A DNA stretch of 58,454 nt from an uncultured Candidatus Saccharibacteria bacterium (GTDB lineage: Bacteria; Patescibacteriota; Minisyncoccia; Phycocordibacterales; UBA918): NCBI GenBank assembly GCA_964425625.1, contig CAYRMI010000002.1, positions 1 to 58,454 on the forward strand, given 5' to 3'. Of the stretch, positions 1 through 9,103 are shown in pieces. Under the pieces are notes generated by a model, which saw only the letters and a list, made by a program, of their open reading frames with translations, was not told the origin of the DNA and did no database searches. Numbering within the stretch: position 1 is the stretch's first letter; each line of letters begins with the position of its first letter. The position numbers and the translations under genes are program-made.

Positions 1-436
1 AGGTCGGGGGTGATGCCGTCAACTCCTCCTGGGCCGATGCTACCTACGAGTATGTCTACTCGCTGACCTCCCATAATGGCACCCTCTACGCCGGGTTAGG
101 CTCCACCGCTGGTGATGCCGAAGTCTGGGCCTATAACGGCAGTACCTGGAGCAAGGTCGGGGGTGATGCCGTCAACTCCTCCTGGGCCGATGCTACCTAC
201 GAGTATGTTTTCTCGCTGACCTCCCATAATGGCACGCTCTACGCGGGGCTTGGCTCTAATGCCGGTGATGCCGAAGTCTGGGCCTATAACGGCAGTACCT
301 GGAGCAAGGTCGGGGGTGATGCCGTCAACTCCTCCTGGGCCGATGCTACCTACGAGTATGTCTACTCGCTGACCTCCCATAATGGCACCCTCTACGCCGG
401 GTTAGGCTCCACCGCCGGCGACGCCGAAGTCTGGGC
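1..436 (+). repeat. 153-bp coding tandem repeat, about 2.85 copies visible
   Basis: AGGTCGGGGGTGATGCC recurs at 1, 154 and 307. 111-208 is identical to 264-361. Confidence 0.97.
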
Positions 437-2408
437 TTTCCCCACACCGACTATCGCTGGTACCTTAACCGGTAGTTCAGCTTTCAATAATTTCAATCTC
501 GCCGATGGCGCGCGGGTTTTTAGTAGCAGTGCTTCCACTTCTAACTTAACTATGGCTAGCTCCACGAGAATAGAAACCAACGCCAACCTTAGTGTGGCAG
601 GAACCCTAACCGCCAACCCCGGCACCACCCTCACCTTGGCCTCTGGCGCTACCACCACCGTCGGTACCCTAAACCTCCTTGGTGCCGCTAGTAGCACCAT
701 CACTCTTAATAGCACCGCCTCCGGCACACAGTCCAACTTTGTCCTCACTGGTTCATCAGCGGTGACATATACAACTATCAAAGACAACACTGCCTGTGGT
801 AGTGTCGGTGGTGTCATCGATGTATCGGGGGCTAATAACACCGATGGTGGCAACACCACCTGCTGGACCTTTGTGGCGGAAACAGGTTCTTCAAGTCTAG
901 CCTTAGCGCAGTCATATACTTTCTATACCGGAGAAGCCACCACCACCCTTGGTACTATCACTATCACCGACGCCCTGACCCCAACCATTACCGCGGCTAA
1001 CAACCTTCGCCTCACCATCGCCACTACGACCACCAACTTCCGGTTTGATACGGGGGTCACCACCCCGACCTTTGGTGGTAGTGCTTCCGGTAAAGTAGCG
1101 GGTACAGTTTCCTATGAAGACGGGGGAGCCACCCTCCTCATCGACGTCACAGAGAACTTCGCGGCTACCAATACGCTCACTATCGCTGGTATACAAGTCG
1201 GTAGCTTTGGCACTGTTTCTACCACCACCAGCCAGCTTCAGCTACACACCGATGGTAACAGTACCGGTACCCCAGCGGCACAATCAAACGAAACCTTCCG
1301 GATCACTGGCCTGCTGACACTAGCCAACCACGACGCCGGACAAGCCGATAACCAATTTAGTTACCAAAACCGGACTGAGGCTACCTTCTTTGCTTTCAAG
1401 CTTACCCCGACCGGAGAAACAGCCACCATGACGGATATGGTCGTGACCTTAAGTGGTATACAACCAGGGTTAACCACCGAGAAACTCCATACCTTCAAAC
1501 TCTACCGCGATAACAACAACGATGGACTACTAGATGGTGGTGATACACTGATTGATAGCAACGGTATCATGACTATCAATGGTCAACATGGCGCCATCAC
1601 CTGGAGCACCGACTTCCTCGCTACCACTACTTCTGACTACCTCATCATCGCCGACACGGTGGGGATTGATTTTGATGATGCGATTGTCTTCTTACTCCCC
1701 ACCACTGGTATCACCGCCACGGGTCAAACCTCAAACTACCAACCCACCATCAGCAGTACCGTCTCAGACATCCAACACCACCGTTTCCGCAGTGGTGGAG
1801 GCAAAAGCAACGCTGACCGGGTGGGTGGCGCACCACCAGCGGGGGGTAGTGTGGAGACTGGGGGTGAGAGTGGTGGCGGGAATCAGACTGGCGAAGTACC
1901 GGAAGGGGAGAACATCGTCGCTGATCCTGACTTTAGACAGCCTACTAACACCGGTACCCCAGACAACCAATGGACTAACCCGACTAACGCCTATAACTCC
2001 GATGGGGTCTACGCCACCGCTTCTTCCACCAACTTCAGTCAATCGTACTACAACTTCGGCTTTGGTATCCCCCAGGGCAACGCCATCAGTGGTATAGCAG
2101 TGAAGCTCGATGCTTCTGGTACTACCGCCGCGGGCACCATTGACGTTGCGCTCTCGTGGGACAATGGCAATTCATACACCACCGCCAAAGCCACCCCCAC
2201 CTTAAGTGGCGGCGACATTGTCTACACCGTGGGCGGGCCAGGCGACACCTGGGGACGAAACTGGAGCCAGAGTGAGTTTGCGAATGGTACCTTTATCCTG
2301 CGTATTAAGGCAGAGCCTTCAAGCAACACCCTTAAGCTCGATGCTCTCGAGGTACGCGTCCATCACCAAGCCACCGGTGGCGGGAGTGGTGGCGGGGGGA
2401 GGAGTTAG
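3..2408 (+). CDS. 3' part of a large secreted/surface protein (5'-truncated by window edge): 51-aa beta-propeller-like repeats, Thr/Gly-rich beta-sandwich domains, Gly-rich C-terminus
   Basis: Frame +3 is open from base 3 through the ORF-track start (552) to TAG 2408 (hand translated). Repeat unit KVGGDAVNSSWADATYEYVYSLTSHNGTLYAGLGSTAGDAEVWAYNGSTWS. Dx[DN]xDG-type motif DNNNDG. Ends GGGSGGGGRS. Confidence 0.85.
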   Translation, partial: VGGDAVNSSWADATYEYVYSLTSHNGTLYAGLGSTAGDAEVWAYNGSTWSKVGGDAVNSSWADATYEYVFSLTSHNGTLYAGLGSNAGDAEVWAYNGSTWSKVGGDAVNSSWADATYEYVYSLTSHNGTLYAGLGSTAGDAEVWAFPTPTIAGTLTGSSAFNNFNLADGARVFSSSASTSNLTMASSTRIETNANLSVAGTLTANPGTTLTLASGATTTVGTLNLLGAASSTITLNSTASGTQSNFVLTGSSAVTYTTIKDNTACGSVGGVIDVSGANNTDGGNTTCWTFVAETGSSSLALAQSYTFYTGEATTTLGTITITDALTPTITAANNLRLTIATTTTNFRFDTGVTTPTFGGSASGKVAGTVSYEDGGATLLIDVTENFAATNTLTIAGIQVGSFGTVSTTTSQLQLHTDGNSTGTPAAQSNETFRITGLLTLANHDAGQADNQFSYQNRTEATFFAFKLTPTGETATMTDMVVTLSGIQPGLTTEKLHTFKLYRDNNNDGLLDGGDTLIDSNGIMTINGQHGAITWSTDFLATTTSDYLIIADTVGIDFDDAIVFLLPTTGITATGQTSNYQPTISSTVSDIQHHRFRSGGGKSNADRVGGAPPAGGSVETGGESGGGNQTGEVPEGENIVADPDFRQPTNTGTPDNQWTNPTNAYNSDGVYATASSTNFSQSYYNFGFGIPQGNAISGIAVKLDASGTTAAGTIDVALSWDNGNSYTTAKATPTLSGGDIVYTVGGPGDTWGRNWSQSEFANGTFILRIKAEPSSNTLKLDALEVRVHHQATGGGSGGGGRS

Positions 2409-2462
2409 AGGGGCTAGGAGGGCGAGTGGTTGGGGTTGGCTTGTTTAACAACCTAAACCAAA

Positions 2463-2500
2463 TCCCCTAAATGTACCTGTTAACAGGTACATTTAGGGGA
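2463..2500. repeat. 38-bp perfect palindrome, family A copy 1
   Basis: TCCCCTAAATGTACCTGTT|AACAGGTACATTTAGGGGA. Same core at 30676 and 31124. Confidence 0.95.
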
Positions 2501-2526
2501 GGGTCATTGAAGATGGTCAAAAAAAG

Positions 2527-2557
2527 AGGTGGCAAAATCCGAAGGATTTTGCCACCT
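2527..2557. terminator. 14-bp hairpin, likely intrinsic terminator
   Basis: AGGTGGCAAAATCC-GAA-GGATTTTGCCACCT downstream of the large surface gene, preceded by an A-run. Confidence 0.55.
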
Positions 2558-2668
2558 TAGGCCACTACCTAATGGCACAAGTTATACACAATATAACTAT
2601 TAATAGGTAAAAATCTGGCAGTAGTTTGCTAAAATAGAACAGTAAAGTAATTATTAAAAAAACAAAAT

Positions 2669-3382
2669 ATGAACACACAAAATATTATTAATGCCACTTG
2701 GCAATCCTTAGTTGCTTCCACTCTAGCCATCGCTATAGTGGCGGTTAGCTTCTTTATTATTGAGCCTCAGATGGGTCAGGCAGCCACTAGTGGTCCATTT
2801 ACCATCAAGACTACTATTACCGATGAGATATCCTTTACCGCTAATGCTACCAACGTCACAGCGACTGGTTCTATTAATGGTATTACTGGAGGTACCGCTA
2901 ACGGTTCGACTAGTGTCACAGTGCGTACCAACAGCAACACTGGCTATAGTATGACGATTGCTTTTGCAAGCAACTCGACAGACAATGCCATGAAAGGAGA
3001 TGTGAGTGGTAGTACAGCAATTCACGACTATCCAGCAGTATCATCGACTACGCCAACCTTCCTGTTTTCCACCGCTAGTACCTCTTCGGTGTTTGGTTAT
3101 ACCGTGAGTGCGGATGCCGGTGCTACTGACTTGGCCCAGGCTTTCTTGGATGATGGAGCTGATTGTAATATTCCAATCGGTAGTGGTGGAGCTTACACCG
3201 CAGACCGCTGTTGGATGGAACCAATGACTAGTGCTTTTGAAATAATCGATCGAGGCACAGCGGCTGCTTCTGGCGCCACTAGTACGATCCACTTCCGCGT
3301 GCATGTACCAAACCTACCTAACCCATCGCTAGTAGCCGACACTTATACGGCCACGGCAACCTTGACAGCAGTTAACCAGTAG
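2669..3382 (+). CDS. Secreted WxL-like / pilin-like beta-sandwich protein (paralog 1)
   Basis: N-terminal hydrophobic signal ending near PQMGQA. Motifs GGTANGSTSVTV, GYSMTI and C-terminal TYTATATLTA resemble WxL-fold strands. One Cys pair. Confidence 0.6.
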   Translation: MNTQNIINATWQSLVASTLAIAIVAVSFFIIEPQMGQAATSGPFTIKTTITDEISFTANATNVTATGSINGITGGTANGSTSVTVRTNSNTGYSMTIAFASNSTDNAMKGDVSGSTAIHDYPAVSSTTPTFLFSTASTSSVFGYTVSADAGATDLAQAFLDDGADCNIPIGSGGAYTADRCWMEPMTSAFEIIDRGTAAASGATSTIHFRVHVPNLPNPSLVADTYTATATLTAVNQ

Positions 3383-3402
3383 CGATATTGTAGTCACATC
3401 TT

Positions 3403-4461
3403 ATGACTACAAAAATGTGTGTTCAATTTTGTATCTCTATTGTAGTAGCTGGTTTGGCCATAAGTTTTTTGCCTAACGTTGGTCTAGCCCAAGACAACAC
3501 CCCCACTTCTGATGAGGGTGTTGTTGCTAGTTCTACCGAAATAACTAGTCCAGTGGTGGTGGAGGAAATCCCTTGGTTTCGTATCGAGAAGTTGACGGGT
3601 GATAATCAAGCGATCGGTGACTTTGTGGTGGGGCCAGGGCGGGCGGAGATAGAAGTAAAGCCTGGTCAGACGGTGATTTATGAAATATCAGTCTCAAACC
3701 GAATTAGTGATAATCGCATCTTTGAGCTGACGGTGGAAGACGTGGCTGGTTCAAATGATGCCAGTCAAGCGGTGGTATTGCTCGGTGACGCGGTCGGACC
3801 ATACACGATTAAGGACTATATTTCTTTCCCTAAAAATACCTTCACCCTTCGCCTAGGGGAAAGAGCTCGTATTCCAGTAACGGTATCCATACCACCAAAC
3901 GCTGCTCCGGGTGGCTATTATGGTAGTGTGCTCGTGTCTACAGTGCAGGAAGAGCCCTTAAGTGAAGGACAGACCACTAGGTCACCTATTGTCGCTAGGG
4001 TGGGGACACTATTTTTTGTGACGGTGCCTGGGGAAATGAAATATGAAGGAGAAACCAAAGCTTTGACTCTAAAAAATAATCGTTTTTGGTATGAGAAAGG
4101 ACCGATAGTTTTAAATGTAATTTACGAAAATACTGGTTCGGTTCACCTTAATCCCTACGGCGAATTGCGCATCAAGAATCTGTTTGGTGAGGAGGTAGGT
4201 TTTGTTGAGTTGGAACCTTGGTTTGTTCTCCCTAAATCACTTCGTTCACGAGAAGTGACTTGGGATCGAGAATTGTTGTTTGGGCGCTATGTGGCTAGTG
4301 TCAGCATTAACCGTGGCTACGAGGATATAGTCGATGAGCAATCAGTGGTCTTTTGGGTCTTGCCGTGGAAAGTGGTAGCTGGTATTTTTGCTCTGGTATT
4401 TATCATCTTCTTTGGTTTTAGAATCTTCTTTAGAACGTTTGAGTTTAAACGCAAGACTTAG
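3403..4461 (+). CDS. DUF916/DUF3324-like (CscA-like) membrane-anchored protein
   Basis: Signal peptide; IPVTVSIPPNAAPGGYYGSVLVS...RVGTLFFVTVPG; NTGSVHLNPYGELRIKNLFG; C-terminal TM helix followed by basic tail FKRKT. Confidence 0.65.
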   Translation: MTTKMCVQFCISIVVAGLAISFLPNVGLAQDNTPTSDEGVVASSTEITSPVVVEEIPWFRIEKLTGDNQAIGDFVVGPGRAEIEVKPGQTVIYEISVSNRISDNRIFELTVEDVAGSNDASQAVVLLGDAVGPYTIKDYISFPKNTFTLRLGERARIPVTVSIPPNAAPGGYYGSVLVSTVQEEPLSEGQTTRSPIVARVGTLFFVTVPGEMKYEGETKALTLKNNRFWYEKGPIVLNVIYENTGSVHLNPYGELRIKNLFGEEVGFVELEPWFVLPKSLRSREVTWDRELLFGRYVASVSINRGYEDIVDEQSVVFWVLPWKVVAGIFALVFIIFFGFRIFFRTFEFKRKT

Positions 4462-4470
4462 CTTGTCTCT

Positions 4471-5238
4471 ATGACGCTTCGTTCCTTTACAATCTTGACA
4501 GCAGAAACTCTAGTCTTGACGGGAGTAATTTTGTCTATTTTGTTAGTTGGGGAAGCACAGGTACGGACTAGTACGAGCTATAAGTTAGAAAGTGATAGTA
4601 TCAACTTCGGTGGTGGTTTATCGTCTTCTTCCAACTATTCCCTAGAAAGTACCGGAGGGGAGATAGCAACCGGTAAGTCAGACAGTGCTTCCTATAGCTT
4701 GAGGGCTGGCTATCAGCAGATGCAAGAGGTGTTTATTAGTATGACAGCCCCTGGAAATGTAATAATGACGCCCAGTATAGGCGGTCTTACTGGCGGTACG
4801 GCTAATGGTTCAACTAGTGTGAATGTAATAACGGATAGTCCAAGTGGCTATTCACTAACCATCAGGGCTGAGAGTTCGCCTGCTATGCAAAAAGGGGCTG
4901 ATACTATAAATGACTACGTACCAGAAGCGTCACCCAATCCCGACCCGTCATTTATCACCGCTGCTACTGATGCCCACTTCGGCTTTTCGCCCCAAGGGTC
5001 TGATGTGGTTTTGCGATACCGAAATAATAGTTCAATTTGTAGTGCTGGTTCTCTTAGTACGGCAGAGGTTTGTTGGGATGGGTTTTCAACGTCAGAAAAA
5101 TTACTAGCCTCTGGGGGTGACAATCAACCCAGTGGCGCCACTACCACGCTTTACTTTAAGGTAGAACTGGGCGGTAATGTGACTAGACCGCCAGGAGCTT
5201 ATATTGCCACTACTACCTTAACTGCTTTGCCACTATGA
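4471..5238 (+). CDS. Secreted WxL-like protein (paralog 2) with extra Ser/Tyr-rich N-terminal segment
   Basis: Shares GGTANGSTSV, GYSLTI, a Cys pair, SGATTTLYF and GAYIATTTLTA with 2669-3382. Confidence 0.6.
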   Translation: MTLRSFTILTAETLVLTGVILSILLVGEAQVRTSTSYKLESDSINFGGGLSSSSNYSLESTGGEIATGKSDSASYSLRAGYQQMQEVFISMTAPGNVIMTPSIGGLTGGTANGSTSVNVITDSPSGYSLTIRAESSPAMQKGADTINDYVPEASPNPDPSFITAATDAHFGFSPQGSDVVLRYRNNSSICSAGSLSTAEVCWDGFSTSEKLLASGGDNQPSGATTTLYFKVELGGNVTRPPGAYIATTTLTALPL

Positions 5239-6815
5239 AATATGGTATTGTTTTGCTGTTAATTTTTGCCATATTTATCCCAAGCGCTACTTCGGCAGTG
5301 ACAAGTGATTTTAATATTAGGGCCTTTGTGGGGGATGATATAACTCCGCCCAGTACCCCAGCTTTACTGGCTGCTATGCCAGTGGCGCAAACTCAGATAG
5401 ATGTTGACTGGGGTACTTCAACCGATAACTGGATTTTGGGCGGGTACGTATTGCTGCGCGATGGTCTACCGATTGCGACCACTACTTTGACAAATTATAG
5501 CGATACTGGCTTGACCCCAGCCACGCTTTATAATTATGAGGTTTATGCTTTTGATACCGCCAATAATATTTCTTCCACCTCAAATAGCCTGGCGACCAGT
5601 ACTTTTGCCGTACCAGTTACTCCCACCACCACACCAGCGGTGAGTAAGCCACCGTCAGGTACACAGATACTGATGCTAGAGAATTTCTCGAGCACGGAGA
5701 ATGAGACGTCGGTAAATCTAGCCTGGGACACCAACATGCCGTCTCGCTTCACTCTGCGCTGGGGGCGAACTGATACTTATAATGGTGGTTATATTGAAAG
5801 TGATGTCTATCAGTTAAATCATAAGACAATCATTTCAGATTTGGAACCAGGAACAGTCTACCTTTTTGAACTAATCGGACACTCGGCGTTGGGGCGTACT
5901 GTGCTACTTAAAACGGGTGAATTTACAACTGCTACCAGAGAAGCTAATCGTATTGTACCAAACGTGGAGCGACTAGTGGCGGAAGTGGTCAAAACTGACG
6001 TCCGTTTACAGTTTGCTCTACCGGCTACTGAAGTCGGGGCGCGTGTGCGGGTTGTTAGGAGTCATTTTGGTTGGCCGGCTAGTCCTTATGATGGGGCAAT
6101 TATTTTTGAAGGTAATGCAAATGAAATCTGGGACAGGCAGGCCTTGCGTGATCATAAAGTCCAATATTATACCGTCTTTGTTATTGGCGAGGATGGTAGC
6201 CTTTCTTCCGGGGCAGTGGTGGTGGCCAGATGGGTGGCTGATACAGAAATGGGTACAGGGGAGGGAGAAGAAAAAGATGATAAAGTCGTTGTGCCGATAC
6301 AGCCAGAGCCAGAAATTCTCCTCCCGCTCTTAAGTGAAGATGAGATTGTTATTAAACAAGGAGATAATATCTTTACTTTTTTAACTGAAGCAATTGCACT
6401 CTCTTATCATGAACCATTCAGTATCAGTATTAGTAAAGACGCCTTACCTAAACACCTGAAGGTAATTATAGTGACCTTACTCGATCCAACCGATCAAAGA
6501 CAGAGTTACTCTTTCTTACTTAGGATTAACAAGGACGGGACAGCTTACGAAGCAATGATTGCTCCACTTGAGGTGGCTGGAACTTCACGCTTGCAAGTTG
6601 AAGTATTTGATTTTGAGCAGTTGGTAGTAGGCCGGTATCGTAAGCAAATAGATTTTGTTCTAACCGAAAAGATCACTCCAACAGTCGTTTTCCCGGATGC
6701 ACTAATTCAACCGTTCAAAAATACTTCTGGATTTATATTTGGGACAGGGGTGTTTGCGCTTTTTATTTGGCTATTTTTCTGGCGTCGCGGGCGTAAAACT
6801 GAGGATAAGCTCTAG
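5235..6815 (+). CDS. Fibronectin type III-like repeat surface protein with C-terminal membrane anchor
   Basis: FN3-like WGTSTDN...YSDTGLTPATLYNYEVYAFD and ISDLEPGTVYLFEL. Signal peptide; C-terminal TM plus RRGRK. ATGA overlap with the upstream stop. Confidence 0.75.
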   Translation: MKYGIVLLLIFAIFIPSATSAVTSDFNIRAFVGDDITPPSTPALLAAMPVAQTQIDVDWGTSTDNWILGGYVLLRDGLPIATTTLTNYSDTGLTPATLYNYEVYAFDTANNISSTSNSLATSTFAVPVTPTTTPAVSKPPSGTQILMLENFSSTENETSVNLAWDTNMPSRFTLRWGRTDTYNGGYIESDVYQLNHKTIISDLEPGTVYLFELIGHSALGRTVLLKTGEFTTATREANRIVPNVERLVAEVVKTDVRLQFALPATEVGARVRVVRSHFGWPASPYDGAIIFEGNANEIWDRQALRDHKVQYYTVFVIGEDGSLSSGAVVVARWVADTEMGTGEGEEKDDKVVVPIQPEPEILLPLLSEDEIVIKQGDNIFTFLTEAIALSYHEPFSISISKDALPKHLKVIIVTLLDPTDQRQSYSFLLRINKDGTAYEAMIAPLEVAGTSRLQVEVFDFEQLVVGRYRKQIDFVLTEKITPTVVFPDALIQPFKNTSGFIFGTGVFALFIWLFFWRRGRKTEDKL

Positions 6816-6883
6816 TGTTCTTTTACTGGTTTGTCGCTATAGTATTGGTAGTTATAATTTTTAGTAAAGAGCTTTACAAACAT

Positions 6884-7906
6884 ATGATTAAAGTAGCAAT
6901 TAATGGATTTGGTCGTATTGGTCGAACTTTCTTTCGTCTAGCCTATGGTAATCCTAACTTCGAAGTAGTGGCGGTGAACGATCTTGGTGATATAAATAAT
7001 TTAGCCTACCTTTTGGAATATGATTCAGTTTATGGTCGTAGTCCATTTACAGTGGCCGTTAAAGACAGCTCTTTGCAAGTTCAAGGCAAGACCGTAGCCT
7101 TCACGCAAGAGAAAGAACCAAACAACCTACCCTGGGGACAAATGGGGGTAGACATAGTGGTTGAATCGACTGGTTTCTTTACTAGCTATGAAGGAGCCAA
7201 GTTACATTTGGAAGCTGGGGCAAAGCGAGTAGTCATTTCAGCGCCAGTCAAAGGTGAAGCAGATCAAGCTGGGGTGGCTGGAGCAACGGTTTTGATGGGA
7301 GTAAATGAAGAGATGCTTGATTCTTGTCTTATCACTTCTAACGCCTCTTGCACCACCAACGCCACCAGCCCACTAATTGCTATTCTGAAGCAAGCAATCG
7401 GTATCGATAAAGCAGTTCTCAATACCGTTCATGCCTATACCGCTTCTCAGACTCTAGTTGATGCTCCTAGCAAGAAGGACTTCCGCGCTGGCCGAGCCGC
7501 TTCTCTAAATATTGTTCCGAGCACGACTGGGGCGGCGATTGCTACTACTCTGGCTCATCCGGAATTGACTAACAAATTTGATGGTATCGCCATGCGGGTA
7601 CCAGTACCAGTCGGTTCAATCGTGGATGTAACCTTTATTGCCAGTCGTAACACAACCGTCGAAGAGGTAAATAATGCACTTATAAACGCTAGCAAAGATG
7701 CTCGCTGGCGAAATTTATTTGCTGTGACTGATGAAGAGATTGTTTCCACTGACATTATTGGCTCTCGCGTCGGTTCGATTGCCGACCTGTCTTTTACAAA
7801 AGTAGTTGATGGTAATCTCGTAAAAGTACTGGCTTGGTATGATAATGAAACTAGTTACACTCAGACTTTAGTGGAGCATGTGCAGGCTATAGCTAGACGT
7901 TTGTAA
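6884..7906 (+). CDS. gap: Glyceraldehyde-3-phosphate dehydrogenase, type I
   Basis: KVAINGFGRIGR, catalytic SNASCTTN, AWYDNE. ATG 6884 preferred over GTG 6815. Confidence 0.97.
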   Translation: MIKVAINGFGRIGRTFFRLAYGNPNFEVVAVNDLGDINNLAYLLEYDSVYGRSPFTVAVKDSSLQVQGKTVAFTQEKEPNNLPWGQMGVDIVVESTGFFTSYEGAKLHLEAGAKRVVISAPVKGEADQAGVAGATVLMGVNEEMLDSCLITSNASCTTNATSPLIAILKQAIGIDKAVLNTVHAYTASQTLVDAPSKKDFRAGRAASLNIVPSTTGAAIATTLAHPELTNKFDGIAMRVPVPVGSIVDVTFIASRNTTVEEVNNALINASKDARWRNLFAVTDEEIVSTDIIGSRVGSIADLSFTKVVDGNLVKVLAWYDNETSYTQTLVEHVQAIARRL

Positions 7907-7913
7907 TATATTT

Positions 7914-8402
7914 ATGGCCAATTTGGCAATAATTAAAACTATTCATCTAGCGACTGACCATGCTGGACTAGAGCTCAAAGACGCTGTTGGAGCTTGGCTT
8001 AGCGAAGCAGGTTATAAAGTGTTTGATCATGGAGCCAAAACCTATGTTGCAGAAGATGATTATCCGGACTATATAAGTCAAGCCGCTAAGGCCGTAAGTA
8101 GCGCACCAGAAGGAGAGCGAGCGATAATTTTTGGTGGGTCGGGTAATGGTGAAGCGATGATGGCCAACCGCTATCCTAATGTCAGAGCAGCTGTTTATTA
8201 TGGTGGTGTACCAGAAATTGTCGCCCTCTCCCGCGAACATAATGATGCCAATATTTTGTCTATCGGGGCGCGTTTTGTAACTTTTCTTGAGGTCAAAGAT
8301 GTAATCTCTGTTTGGCTAAATACCGCGGTAGCGAAGGATGAGAAGTACGTGAGGAGAAACAAGAAAATCGAACTTTACACTAAGCAAATTCGCAATCTAT
8401 GA
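7914..8402 (+). CDS. rpiB: Ribose-5-phosphate isomerase B family
   Basis: ATDHAG, DDYPD, GGSGNGEAMMANR, SREHNDANILSIGAR. Confidence 0.93.
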   Translation: MANLAIIKTIHLATDHAGLELKDAVGAWLSEAGYKVFDHGAKTYVAEDDYPDYISQAAKAVSSAPEGERAIIFGGSGNGEAMMANRYPNVRAAVYYGGVPEIVALSREHNDANILSIGARFVTFLEVKDVISVWLNTAVAKDEKYVRRNKKIELYTKQIRNL

Positions 8403-9052
8403 TACCTATTGTACCGGCCGTAATACCTAGTTCAGCGTCTTTTTTGCGCGAACTATTACCGCAGCTCCATTTTTCCCCAGAGATACACGTTGATGTGGTG
8501 GATGGACAATTTGTACCCTTTACTTCTTGGCCCTATGAACCAGTCGGAGCGCCGGTAGAAACTAAGAGTGTGACTGACTCTTTTACTTTAGAAGTAGATT
8601 TGATGGTCAATAACCCGCTACAAGCCGGAAAGGATTGGTTGGAAGCCGGGGCCGATATGTTAGTATTTCACATTGAGACAATAACTTTAAATGACTTTAA
8701 AGAGTTTGCCGAGCAGACTAAAGTTTCGCTTGGAATTTCGGCTTTAAATGATACTCCGCTCGAGGATTTGTTCACCTACGCTGATTATGTTGATTATATA
8801 CAGTTAATGGGGATTGCTAAAATTGGTGCTCAAGGACAATCTTTTGATGAAAGAGTATTGGAGCGAATCGAGATAGTTAAGCGTCATTTTCCTAGGTTAC
8901 CAATCTCAGTTGATGGTAGCGTCAATAAAGATACAATCAAACGTTTAAGTCAGGCGGGGGTAGATCGACTAATTTGCGGTTCGGCTATCGTGAAGGCGAA
9001 GGATCCTAAGATTTCTCATTATAATTTGTCTCAACTTTTAACCACCAACTAA
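8399..9052 (+). CDS. rpe: Ribulose-phosphate 3-epimerase
   Basis: IHVDVVDGQFVP, LEVDLMV, ISVDGSVN, LICGSAI. Confidence 0.88.
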   Translation: MIPIVPAVIPSSASFLRELLPQLHFSPEIHVDVVDGQFVPFTSWPYEPVGAPVETKSVTDSFTLEVDLMVNNPLQAGKDWLEAGADMLVFHIETITLNDFKEFAEQTKVSLGISALNDTPLEDLFTYADYVDYIQLMGIAKIGAQGQSFDERVLERIEIVKRHFPRLPISVDGSVNKDTIKRLSQAGVDRLICGSAIVKAKDPKISHYNLSQLLTTN

Positions 9053-9103
9053 CAACTTAAGTCTACTTTGTTTTTCTTTAGCCTGTTATACTCTCTTAAG
9101 TAT

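Noticed and set aside
1-436. CRISPR array or DGR template/variable repeat
   Set aside because: The unit is 153 bp, in frame and without unique spacers. Differences are not adenine-specific, and no reverse transcriptase or cas gene is in the window.
96-1317. ORFs 96-380, 392-859, 912-1196 (-) and 1114-1317 (+)
   Set aside because: Shadows of the large frame +3 gene; the repeated peptide in 96-380 just mirrors the DNA repeat.
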